This document shows, piece after piece, positions 26,201 through 38,224 of a DNA stretch of 64,000 bases. Positions within the stretch are counted from its first letter, which is position 1. Every line of letters begins with the position of its first letter. The stretch comes from Catajapyx aquilonaris (lineage: Eukaryota). The stretch lies in assembly GCA_000934665.2 (NCBI GenBank), contig KZ538174.1, positions 1-64,000 on the forward strand, given 5' to 3'. The translations under genes and the position numbers were made by a program. Below the pieces are notes generated by a model. That model worked only from the letters and a program-made list of their open reading frames with translations, was not told the DNA's origin and ran no database searches.

Positions 26201-29200
26201 TTGTGGCAAAAAAAATTAATTGTAAGTCATTTTGGAATGGCCCTCATAATAAATTTGTTTCATTGTATGTGGGACAGGGTAAGCGTTGGGTGAGGATTTT
26301 AATATGAGAATTCACTTCTTTGCATGGTGTTTTATGCAAGAGACCCGGCATTTTAAAGAATAATGGTACCGTATTTTTTCAGCACTATCTTGGAGTTGGT
26401 GGTGATTCTGTTGCAACGCCAATCATAGTGACAAGCACAATACCTAATGATGCATTAGCTTCTGCAACCCGTGTAAGTATTGGAATCTGTATAAGTGAGG
26501 CTTTTCACAGACAATGTATATCTGGTTAATTTTGTTGGGGCAGATGATGATAAAAATGCTGGAGCAGCAACTCCAACGTCAACAACGCCAATATTCAATG
26601 GATCGAACAGCTGTCAAGTTCAGTCAAAGCATGATGAGGCTAGGATCCTTGAACCTACGACTTTTAGCACGACTCTCCATCACACATGCATTTTATCATG
26701 CCAGCCAGAGGCATGTCCTGCTGACCGTCCACACAGCAACTGAAAAAGTCTGGAATTATATTCTGTAAATTTTGCACATGTAAAATGATTGCCAATTTCA
26801 GGGTGACACATCAGATAACAAGTATCCCCAGTCCATTATCTGCATATGGAACATCACTGAACCATCGACACCACAACATGTCCTTGTGTCACCTGAACAA
26901 ATCACATGTAGTTGTAGTGGGTATGAGGCTACCCTTGTATTTGCAGGTCTGGCTGATGGGTAGGTTTCAGACACAAATGCACAAACTGATGCCCAGTATT
27001 AACATCAATTTTATTGTTGCAGTTGTGTAGCAGTCTGGGACACTCGTGACATGTTTGGAAAGAGTTATGTCATGGAGGATGACCATGAGATTACACTATC
27101 TGCAGCTACATTTCTTGGAGGTTTGTTTTATGAAGATTAGTTAAATATTTTATTTTTATTTATTTATTTATTTTTTATTTACGATACCCCTTTCGAGGGC
27201 GGGGCCCTGGATTAGTTAAATATTATACAGGGTGTTCCAACAAGGAAAAGTAGTGCCATTGGTCATGATAATCATTTGTTGAGTATTGTTGTTCATTGGC
27301 AAAAAGGCCCTTCAATACCAGAAAGGCCAGAATATGGGCTTCATGTCTGGCTAAGGAGAAGTGGTGAGCTGAACAGGGGAGGTGTAGATGGCCGAGATGG
27401 TAACGTCTCGGCTTGCTGAGTGAAAGGCCCCAGGTTCGATCCCCGCCTGGGGAACTTCCTTTCACCTGCGTCGGGAGGGTCTCTGACCTGCACCAAGGAG
27501 GTGTCTGGCAACCTAACCTCCTGGGGAACAGCACATGACCCCTTTACAGACCTTGCACTTGCACCTACGTTCCCTCCCCAAAAATCCCTATCCTTACCCT
27601 ACATCCGGTTGACTCCTTTCACCGGGGAATGAAGAAAAGTATAATATACAAAGAAAACTGATTGTGGTGTGCCACCCCCCTAAAAAGGCTCCGCCTTATC
27701 ACGGGGTAACGTTTAAAATAATTAAAAAAATAAATAAATGGTGAGCTGATCAGCATGGTGGAAGAGTGCCAGTATAGTCCCAATATGAACTGGTGCATGT
27801 CCAATAAGCTTCTTAAGACAAATGAAGGGCTCCATGGAAGAAGGGGGTAACTAACATTTTGGCCAATTTTGTGTTAGGCACGTTGAAGAAGGGGGTAGCT
27901 GCAGTGCTACCAGTATGTAGCATTTGCAGTCTTCCATCTCCCACCATTCTCGAGTTAGGCAGTGCATGAAGCCCTTCGTGGCACATGTATGCATGGAAGA
28001 AGGAGGTAATTGCCATCATATGTTGTCTGGATCTGCCAGGATAAGTCAGCCCATAGTTGAGTGTATGGACCATTATATGCAAAACACTTTCCCGACAATT
28101 ACCTTTACTTTCCCCGGTTTCTATTTTTCCGACTTTTTGATAATAGCCTAGGTTTCTCGGGGAGGGGGGAGGGGGAGGGGCACTGGTAACGAGAAAGATT
28201 TCGCATCATATGTGACGCCCACAGGTAAGTATTATCACTCACAGATCCAAAGATATAAGCAAGAAACTTTGCCTTGTATTATCTCGAAATGGATTCCTTG
28301 TTAGTTACCCCTTTCTTTCATGGAGCCCTTCAAATGACTGATACTAATCAATTGGAATTATTCATTATTACACAAGCTTGCCTAAGCTATAAACGACTTA
28401 CTGCTACATGCCATACTATCCCTCCCTAATAGCAGTTAGTGAGTGTTTTTGGTAGAGCTAAGAGCCGAGGTTGCTGTTATGGTACTTGCTGCATCATCAC
28501 GTCCTATGCAGGCATACTTTCGATCAAACAGCATTTTAGATTGCATGAAGTAGGAGAGTAGGCAAGCAAGAAATGCATGGTTTACTAATAAAATAACGAT
28601 CCTATTACTATGGAATAGCTATGGAATAATGCTTTGTACAGTGGTGCACATAAATCGACGCATATTTCTAAACGACATTTTCCAAAGCAGCAGAAGAAGG
28701 AATCGAAGATAAGGATACTTCAAGCCGGGCGAGCAAGATTCCTTCTTCTGCCGCTTTGGAAAATGTAGCTGGCAGTATGCCTCGATATATGACCAACACT
28801 GTACCTTCTAAGATGCACCCTAATTTTTTGTATTTTTAAGGACAAAAAGTGCAATCTCACAACAGATTCAAGTATTTTTTATTATTTGTTATTTTTTTTT
28901 TTTTTATTATTTTTTTATTTGTTTATTTTTTTAGATATACCCCGTGCTAGAGCCATGGGCTCTCTTAGGGGAGTGGATTACCACTATCGTGCAGGGACAG
29001 GGTAGGGATAGGAGGGGGGGACACTGGTGCATGTGCAATGTCTCAGGTTGGGGGTCGTGTGCAGTCCCTCAGGGGGCCCGTTCGCCAAGATGACCCCCAC
29101 TGACCCGCACCTCCTCCAGGGAAGGGAAAGGAAGGAAGCGGCTGTGGCCTATTTCCCGGTACGATCCCGGAAATTATTCCTGGGGCGACCTTGGGAAACC

Positions 29201-31395
29201 ACAGAAAACCAAGGTCAGGATCGCCGGCCTCCGGGATTCGAACCCAGGACCTCCCGATTAGCAGTCGGACACCATATCCACTACACCACTACTGCTTCGG
29301 TATTCAAGTAATTACAGTAGTAGCAAAGATTCTTTGTAGTGCTTTCAAGAAACCCATCATGTAAATTCCAAATCATGCTGCAAAGATTTTAAAATTGCCT
29401 GATAATGTCTTGAAGCTACCTTCAATGTTTTAATAATAATAATCATCATCATCATCATCATAACCATAATAATAATAATAACAACAACAACAATGGGTGT
29501 AGTGCATACCCTCACTAGGGTTTCGCACAGACCTTTATTTTCATCATCAAGGATGTACAGTATTTGTCTTGACGAAGTGCCCGGGTCTGCAGGCAAGGGT
29601 GACTGGGAGGGGATGTGCAAGGTGCAGTGCAATGTCGTTGCTGTGTCATTTTGTGAACTCCCCTGGGTGGTTAGTCTAGCGGAAATCCCACCCGAGACGA
29701 AGCCAGAGATGACCCTAAACTCTGCACGAGATGAAGGGGGGAATGCCCGGGCTTGGGATTGAACCCGGGACCACTACATCCATGGGCGCATACGTTACCG
29801 CAGCGCGACTCCCCCTCCCCCCCCCCCATAGGATGTTTTGGAACTAATAATGCATTTTTGCTTAGGTTGGACATCACGTGGAAAACAAGAATCTGAAGAT
29901 GCTCATGGCCGTCACACAAGTCCTGTTGTTGCAATCATCACTGTTCCTGCCAGTGATATGGCAGTACATGGGCATACATTGTACAGGGTGAGAAATTGTA
30001 TGCATAAAAGTTGTGCATAAAATTTCTTCATGGTTGCATTGCAATATTTACAGGTGTGCTCACTGGAACAGCATGGGGTCATACATGTATGGGTCACACA
30101 TTATAAGCGCAAAATTAATGAAATAAATGATGCATTGGCCATGGGTCAGCAATCAATGCATTCAGTTGTGCTACATCATGTATCGAGCTTGACAGTAGGC
30201 ATCTTTGGGTAAGGTTTTCCCATTTCTTCCCACTGCACAGTGTGTCCAAATGCAGGATTGCTTGGACAAAAATGGAAAAACCAAATTGGCAGAGTCATGT
30301 CCAATCTGCCCTAATGTAAGAAAGTAATGTCTGAACAATAATAAAAATTGCTTTGGTAGGTTCAATTGAGATGGGTTTTATACCAGGCAGGTACTCAAGT
30401 CGAGTGTTCGCCTGCCACCTTTTTGTGTGTATTCAGTCGGCTTCGAATGATCATGGAAGAAAGATCACCTCATTTCCAAATTCAGGCTCATCCGGATTTT
30501 AAGCTGTGCATAAAATACCTCTGGCTAAGTACTACTTACTCTCATGTAGCAATTTGAATGTGACCTTGAAATTACGGTGTCAGTCGTCATTTTGTTGAGG
30601 CTTCCATTACACGGATATATCATAACATTCCTCTCATTTTAAAGACGAAAAGTTACGGATTACACAAATTTCACTTTGAATCACACATTAAACGAAAGCC
30701 TGGACTCCCCAGTTATAGACTCACTTCGTTTCAAGTTCACATGAGTCCACATTTTTCTAAAAGGAGGTCACATTCGTCAGGGTAGCAGTCTGCTACCCCG
30801 ACAAAAGGTGCAATTACATGCATTTAAATCAAAGTGAATCTATGACTGGGGAATCTAGTCATTCGTTTGGTGTGCCATTCAAAGTGAAATTCACTACTTT
30901 TTGTCTTAAAAATCAGAGGAAAGTCGTGACCACATTGTGACAAATACGCCATTCACGTGTTTGGCCACACTGTGCACTGTCCTAATACCCCTATTCCCTT
31001 CTCATCCTCCTCTGTACTTCATAGTCTTCGTAGCCTTGGCTCCCCCAATAAAGCAAGTCAAACTTTGACTACTACTAAAATAGAACATGTCAAACAAAAC
31101 ATTTGTTACAGGGATGAACCTAATTTGACTGCAATCCAATGTTACGAGATGAAACTCAGTACAATGCGGGACCATTTGTTTATTGGAATGGACTGTGGTT
31201 GGGTGGCACATTGCAGATTGGATGAAGGACGGGCAATTCCTGAATATTATCGGCAAGATATTGGTGAGTTGAATTTGCTTTGAATGTGAAAAAGATTTCA
31301 CCATTGTCATGACCTATTTTGTGTTGGTCAGGCATCTTTATAGCCTCAGTAGTAACAGTGGTGTTGGAAGTTTATATTGCTATAGTGTATCTTTA

Positions 31396-31458
<63 letters not shown>

Positions 31459-34132
31459 TGCTGCTGTTGTTGTTGTGATAATTTTTCACATCACACATAT
31501 TGTTACAGGCACATGTGGAGCAGCAACGAGCATTGAACCATGCCCTTTTCAACAACCCTTCTTTCTTGTAAGTGCAGGAGTATATCGCATGACATATGTA
31601 CTAATGTACAGAATCACAGTCATAAAAGCACAATTTGCACCATTATTTTGTACACATAAAGTTTGTATTTGTTTAACCTTTTCAGTCAGGGAAAGCCCTT
31701 TTGGGCTGTTGCCATCGGTTTCTTATCGGGTCCTTATTGCTTGTGACTTGAATCAGAACAAAATCCCACACTTGCATTGTGATCGGCAAGTTCAAGGTTA
31801 CTGACGACCGGCCACCTCATCTGATGTCTTGCCCTTTTGACTTGACTATTCTCAAACTATTCAGAAATTATAACCACTCTGAGGGACCAATTTGCAATGA
31901 ATCAATTATGTACACCCATGTTATCAGCTATGCTGAAATTCAAATATGCTATCAGAAATCATGAAATTCCATTATTTATGGAAATTAATTCCGCAGGTAA
32001 TGAATGCCAATGATGACTCATCTGCTTATCTATTCTGGAACCAACATGCTTAATTTATCAGAGGAATAAAAATGTGACATATGCTGGGAAGTAGCTCAGC
32101 AAGCAAATTTTGACCTTATTAATTCAGAAAAGGTTAAATTAACAGAACACTAGTTTTGATACACAGTGATGTGACTGCTTGAGTGATAAATTGAATTCAC
32201 ACTAGCTCTTAAGATTTGTATCAGGGTTTGATAAAATTTTCATTATATTTTGGGGAGCAGTATTGTTTTCATTTTCGATGTAACATAGGGTGTGTGTTTC
32301 AATTCAATGGTTCCATTGAGGCACACAAGAAACTCTCGACCTAAAGCAGGGTACACACATCCTGAGGGACTCGCCTGAGCATCAGGAGAGTAGCTTGGGG
32401 AGTCCTCAGGCGAGTGGGCTACTTCACAAGAGTAATCCCCAACTCAGCTGAGTCACTCCCATGGCAGAATAAGTCTCACTGCCTGATTGCCCCTCTGCAT
32501 TTACAAATATTTTGTTGAGGGGTCCCTGGTATCAAAATTAGTGGTAGAATTTATATTTTATAATGGATGTCAATAGATTTTCGTTTTATGAAAAACAAAC
32601 AGCACACCTAATGAGAATATTTGATTTTCTCAACTGAAGGCAGGTGAAGATGTGGGCATCCAGTCATATGATATGGGTCTCACTTGCATGCCATTTGAAC
32701 ATGTTACCATCATTTTTCATGAGGCTGATGTGACTTGATGCATATTAAGGACATATTTGCACATTTTACACACATCATCTTGCAATTTTTGGGTTTGAGT
32801 TGGGTTTGGAAAATGGCCCTTTAATTCTCATTGATGAGATATCAAGTTGTCATTGTAGACTGCTAAACTGGCACCACTTGGTTGACTCCAAATGCTTTCA
32901 ACAGGTTGGAACAATGGATGGAAAAGTTCGGTGGCATTCAAGCAGTGCACAGAAAAGCCTGATGGAATGGGATGTACCTGGAGGTCAGTCAGTTGTAGCT
33001 GTGCAATGGTCACGTTCAAGACCATGTGTTATATTTGTTCTGGATAACGCCTCCAAGTGAGTGAACAGAATTTGATGGCTTAATTGTACAAATGGTTATA
33101 CAACATATTTTTAGCATTCACATCTGGGATTTGGCTGTTGGTGATGTCCATCCTGTGGAGACCATCAGGATCGAAGGTGCCCGAGTGACTACCATGACAC
33201 TCAGTGAACATGACAAACATGGGATTGATTTTATAGTGAGTGTTTGTGAACTTGTACTATTGAGTGTTACATTTGAAGTGCTATTTTATTGGCACTTAAC
33301 CTTTAGCTTGGGCATGCAGAAAAGGAATTGTGTGGAATCGCTACTCTCCCAATGTTAATTTGCCGACTTCATAACTCGCGATCGGGTTAATCGATTTCAA
33401 ATCGGAAACCAGATTTACACTCAGCTCACTCCAGTTACAAACTTTAGATAGATAAACAACAACTAGGGACATTACCGGGGTCACTAGCCGCGGTCAAAGT
33501 TCAAAAAAGTGTCGTTACTCTGAAAAGGGTACAGCTAAACGGTGCGTCGTAGAGGGTCATACAATGTGTGGATGACATTTCTAGTCAAGCCCAGCAGATC
33601 CTACCCCTTCCTTGTAGATAACTTCTGAATTAAAAAGCGAAATGATGAGAGAAGAGTGATGCTGTTTACACACACTCCAAAAAGTCCCCTATACAGCCGC
33701 ACATTAACATGAAATAACAATACACCTGGTCTGTGTAATAACTGGTTCACAACCTCAGTGTATTGATAGGAATCGCAATGGCCTTATAATCCATCCCACA
33801 GATATATCAATCATCCATCTTTGTAGCAAGCTTTTGAATCCACCGCGATATCTTGAACTGTCTTTAAGTATTTTGGACACAGCCGTCGCCGCTTATTTCC
33901 GCCAGGTGGCGATGTCTGTGCATAGCCGTTAATGCAGGGTACTGTAGTAGTAGGTCGTAGTATTATCATCATTACAATATAAATTATCTTGTTTTTTAAG
34001 GTTTTGGGGCAAGATAATGGAAATGTGGAAGTTCATCGAATCAATGCCACTTATTCAACACCAAATGAAGAGGCACAGCAACAAGAACTGGAGGTTTGCT
34101 TGCGATATTTGAGCATTATTGTTAACAACTGA
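23274..34132 (+). CDS. DYNC2I1: WD repeat-containing protein 60 / cytoplasmic dynein-2 intermediate chain 1, complete, 17 coding exons, ~864 aa
   Basis: Exons 23274-23570, 24250-24480, 24539-24735, 24790-24937, 24994-25131, 25187-25327, 26383-26472, 26544-26747, 26802-26959, 27023-27120, 29866-29987, 30054-30208, 31112-31263, 31509-31567, 32905-33056, 33115-33235 and 34001-34132 are all GT/AG with compatible phases. Motifs: RGQELLQMIRLD..FSLF.L.PV.YD.YM.SYG..NT.Q..IQTNED...EVQTDEI...KWTQ, then WD40 repeats (ICIWNITEPS.PQ.VL, FAGLADG..AVWD, VQWSRSRP.V.FVLD...IHIWDL). Confidence 0.92.
25718..26246 (+). mobile_element. mariner (DD34D-type) deletion derivative in a WDR60 intron
   Basis: TIRs CGAGGGTCCTTCCAAAACGATTTACAATTAATTTTTT / AAAAAATTAATTGTAAGTCATTTTGGAATGGCCCTC. 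The residual peptide PGLALSDFHLLGPMK resembles the mariner motif SPDLAPSDFHLF.PLK. Confidence 0.75.
27380..27605 (+). mobile_element. tRNA-derived SINE, family C
   Basis: A box TGGCCGAGATGG and B box GGTTCGATCCC; related rearranged pieces lie at 38430-38700. Confidence 0.7.
27824..28331. mobile_element. Non-autonomous DNA transposon with a 4-bp AAAT TSD (Sola1-like)
   Basis: AAAT|GAAGGGCTCCATGGAAGAAGGGGGTAACTAAC ... GTTAGTTACCCCTTTCTTTCATGGAGCCCTTC|AAAT. Confidence 0.65.
28639..28801. mobile_element. Tc1-like MITE
   Basis: TA|CAGTGGTGCACATAAATCGA ... TCGATATATGACCAACACTG|TA; a related partial copy lies at ~59400. Confidence 0.6.
28874..29301 (-). mobile_element. tRNA-derived SINE, family B
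   Basis: Reverse complement of the head at 36758 (GGATTCGAACCCAGGACCTCCCGATTAGCAGTCGGAC), with an A-rich tail. Confidence 0.75.
29430..29818 (-). mobile_element. tRNA-derived SINE, family A
   Basis: Reverse complement of the element at 5866. Confidence 0.8.
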
Positions 34133-34160
34133 TGTAAGGTTGTGCTGTAATTACTATTTG

Positions 34161-34464
34161 CAGGGGTCAAATCTTAAATTGACCAGGTGCAAAGTTTTCA
34201 CTCCAGATGAAAGTCTGGAGTACAAAGTAATTACTTGGAGTGCAATATTAGGCAACCTTTAAAAACCTAACATTTTAAAAGCATGCACATGTTCATTAAG
34301 GTTGGTCACAACGCTCATCTGTTGAGTTTTTTTTTTGCAAGTTTGCATGTTAAAAAGCAGGATCAGATAGAATGCAAACTCTGCACTCCAATACTCAGTT
34401 TGGAGTGCAGATAACAATTTTGGAGTGGAAATTGCACTTTTGCATCCCAATATTTCAACGCCTG
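34161..34464. mobile_element. Non-autonomous DNA transposon with a 7-bp TSD, inserted just after the WDR60 stop codon
   Basis: CTATTTG|CAGGGGTCAAAT...ATTTCAACGCCTG|CTATTTG, with internal TGGAGTGCA repeats. Confidence 0.55.
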
Positions 34465-36757
34465 CTATTTGTGTGTTTTTAAAAGTGTGTTTATTTTAGT
34501 TTTCCCTCAGACATTTTTTTTACCATAACATTTACTATGGTGAAATTGACTACACTTGTAAAAAATGCTAAAGGTATTTACAGTTTGGTCTAAAGATGCT
34601 ATATAGATCCTTTTAAAAATTTAATGCATACTGTCTCCACCCTATAATCACAGGCATTTGGGGAAACAGGCATTTGTGACAGCACTGGTTCCCAGTCATT
34701 AACTTCACCGACATTTTAGACCATTTAAACCATGTTACTTTTCCACCCCCACAGCGCTTTGTTATCCGCCCTGTGTACCGCTTTGTCTATTACCATTCAC
34801 TCCTCCCATCATCCTTTGCTCCAGCTTCTTTCTCGTTCTCCTACGTCATTCTGATTCTGTCTCTTACCTCCCATCATGCCGTGCGGCATACTGTTTGTCC
34901 ATATAAGCCGCCTGTGTAGAACAAAACAATGCTCCAAGTATACTGGGACGCATCTTTGTGTGTATTGCTGGCATCCCATGGTGGTGCAACAGTGCAAATC
35001 ATTCTTTCCAAATGACCGGCTCTCAGCACTGTACGAGATTCTGTGTTTTCCCCTACACAACCCTTCCTTTTACCCTTTTCTGACGAAAATAAATACTGTA
35101 TTGAACCGGTACCCACGTTGTTGTTTTGTGCACAGTATACCTGTCACATGTTGTGTCACTAGGGGTGTCACACATTCATTAAGTTCAAGTTCTTTTTCAA
35201 TGTGTGGGAAGTATTATTACTCCTTGATTTTCTGGGTGATCAGTAGATAGCTATCTTTAGCAACAACATATTCAAGACTGCAGTGGACATTGGCTTTTCC
35301 CATAGTAATTTTTGACAATCCCTTTTGTCATTGCTAAAGTGGTAAGTTCCAATGGCAATACTCAATCTTCCACTGCAACCTTTGAATAGACAGAGCATAG
35401 AGAGGTCTCAACATTTTAATGGTTCCAGCATTTCAAAAATAAAAAGGTACACAACGTGAATGTAGAAACAACCCGAAGTATCATTCCATCCTCTCTATCT
35501 GAATGCAGGCATACATATTATTAAGTCGTTATAGTGATCATATGGTTGGTACCTTCACTGGACTGGATCATTTTGTGACTTTCATCCAACATACCTCAGG
35601 AAACTAACCCTCCCTGTCTGTTCCAGCACAAGAGAAAAGGCTGCCTTGTGACCTAGAATAAGAATCTGAAGAACTACAGTAGTTTCTAGCTTATCCAGGA
35701 TAAGAGCAAAATCATTCCCTTCAGTGAAAGAAAGGGTAGTAAGACCTCCGTGGTGGAATGAAAGTACTGAAACAAGGCAGGTGCACGTAAGACCTTCACC
35801 AATTGATTTAAGCCATCAATAGTCTTACTCAAGCCATACCCAAATTGATGCTCATAAGGTCTCCTTTCTGAAAACAGTGAAATGAGCAACTCCAAAATAC
35901 TTGCATTTTCTGAAATTAGGAACTTCAATATTGAGACTATTGAATTTCTGCATGATTAGTGAGAATATTTTGCCTTGAAACATTTATCACAGTTGTCATC
36001 TCTTTTTGGTACTGATTTTAACTGTACTGTTTAAATATTATTTACATCATGATGTAAATTGATTTTTTTGAGGGTATATTTAGATGGGGTTCTAAATTTT
36101 TTTAACAGCAAAAATTTAAAAATATGTTGTGGGTTAATTTCCCCCAAAGTAAATCCCTGCCTACTTCTGTGAGTAGATTGAGTAGTTTTCAGAAGTATTT
36201 TTTACGAGCCATTCCACACGATGCTTAAAAATTGCTTGAGTATAAGACCTATGGAACGGCTGAAATCAATTGTCGAAGGTCTTACGTTCACCTGCCTTGT
36301 TTCAATACTTTCATTCCACCATGGAGGTTTTACTTCCCTGTTTTTACTGAAAGGAATGTTTTTGTTCTTATTTCAGTTCTTTTTTTAAAAGTAATTAGTA
36401 CAATGATGCCTCCTTTAACAACAATACATAGTAGGTCCGTGAAAGTGTCCATATTTCAAGCATGCACCTAATTCTGACCACCATGCTACCTCAGTGGTAA
36501 CGTATTGCTAATTGAATCGGTCATTTTGAAAAGGGCAATATTCACTTTTTTTGTCAAAATGAACTGCTGATGCAGAAGTATCATATGCTTGGGAATGCAT
36601 CGTATGAGATTGTAAACGGCATCACGCCATACACAGGTCATGGTGAACTGATGTCACTGAGTTTGAAAAGGGCAATATTCAGGGACTACTCTCATCCTCC
36701 CATAAGCCTTGTAAGGTATATACAACTGCCACCTGAAATGCCAAGTACCACAGCCTA

Positions 36758-36997
36758 CCGAAGCAGGTTGGCATAGTGGATAAGGCGTCCGACTGCTAAT
36801 AGGGAGGTCCTGGGTTCGAATCCCGGGGCCGGCAACCTTGACCGTGGTTTTCTGTGGTTTTCCACGGTCTTTCTAGGATAATTCCGGGGTTGCTTCCGTA
36901 TAATAGGCCACAGCCACTTCCTTCCTTCCCTATCCTTGGAGGTTGAAAGGCAATGCTGGGCCAACCTCCTTAAATCGCCTTAAATATATCAATTATA
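36758..36997 (+). mobile_element. tRNA-derived SINE, family B
   Basis: A box TGGCATAGTGG, B box GGTTCGAATCCC, and a 15-bp TSD AAGTACCACAGCCTA. Confidence 0.85.
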
Positions 36998-37567
36998 AAG
37001 TACCACAGCCTATGAAGGGGGGGGGGGGTGNNNNNNNNNNNNNNNNNNNNNNNNNNNNNGGGGGGGGGGGGGTGTCAGTCAAGTCTCAAAAGTCTCAAAA
37101 GCTAGACGACATATCCAAGGTGATGAAGTATGTAGATTCAAACTACATACATCACCTTTTATGATGATATTTTGTTGGTTGGTTGGTAGGAAGGGTTACC
37201 CAGCTTGTATGGCTCTGTCTGAGTCGAGCCTTGGCAGCCGGGGGTAGGAGAGGAAGGTGTGGGATTCCAAGGTAGGGGTGGGTGAGAAGGGTGGGGGAGA
37301 GGAGGGCTGGCCCCGGCTGCACTGCAATGCCGGGTCCAACCCAGGGACGGGGGTGGGATATTCTCCCAAGCACCCCGTCCGACCAAGAAATGCGAGTCAG
37401 GTCCGAGGACCACTCGAGGAAGAGAGTACCGTCGCTGGCGAACCAGCCGGGACCTCATACAACCTCATGATGAGTTTATAACCGTGCGTCACCGTTGCGT
37501 CACAATATCATGACATGGCAGACTGAGGAGAAAGAAAGTGACTCTGAATTATGAATTATGATGATAT

Positions 37568-38224
37568 TGTGATGTGTATTATTATATAATGTACTGGTTA
37601 ATTTCGGTTACCATCTTTTGTTATGTACTTGTTAATTTTGGTTACCTAGGGTTGTTGTGCTAATTTCTGTTACCTAGGGCCGTTATGCTGGTGACCTGAT
37701 AAAAATGTAAACTAACAGAGGTGTTAAATAAAGGTGCCTAGGCCAAGTGAAGCGGTCAGTCTGGAGACAGCGAGGAGAGAGGGTCTCCCCTCCTAGCTGG
37801 TGGTGGTTGACTGCGATGAACTGGTCTACGCTGGAAATCCAAATGTTGTTCGTTGTTAACTGGCATACCGGTACAGGTAACGGTACCACTGGTTGAACGG
37901 TCGGTCGCAGGCATCTGCACCACTGACTATTCAGCGAGTGGTAAGGGGGATATCCGTACCGCAGGCATCTGCACCGTACGGACTATCTTCCCGTACCGTA
38001 TACCACCTTACTACTCGGTGTGACGGTCAGACCGCGGGCATCTGCACCGCTTGACCGTTATACCGCAGTAGAAGGCGTACCTATTGGGTGATACCAAAAG
38101 CGCTTCCCTCTCACTGACCGTACGCGGTTGGCGGAAGCCTGGACCAGGTCCGGACGGTACACAGTAAGCCGTCCGTGTACCTCCCTGTGACATAGATGCG
38201 AGTCACCCAGAACCTGGCATCACA
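37568..38224 (+). mobile_element. Solo LTR (Gypsy-like), 657 bp
   Basis: ATAT|TGTGATG...CATCACA|ATAT (TG...CA ends, 4-bp TSD), with an internal AATAAA at ~37727. Confidence 0.65.
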
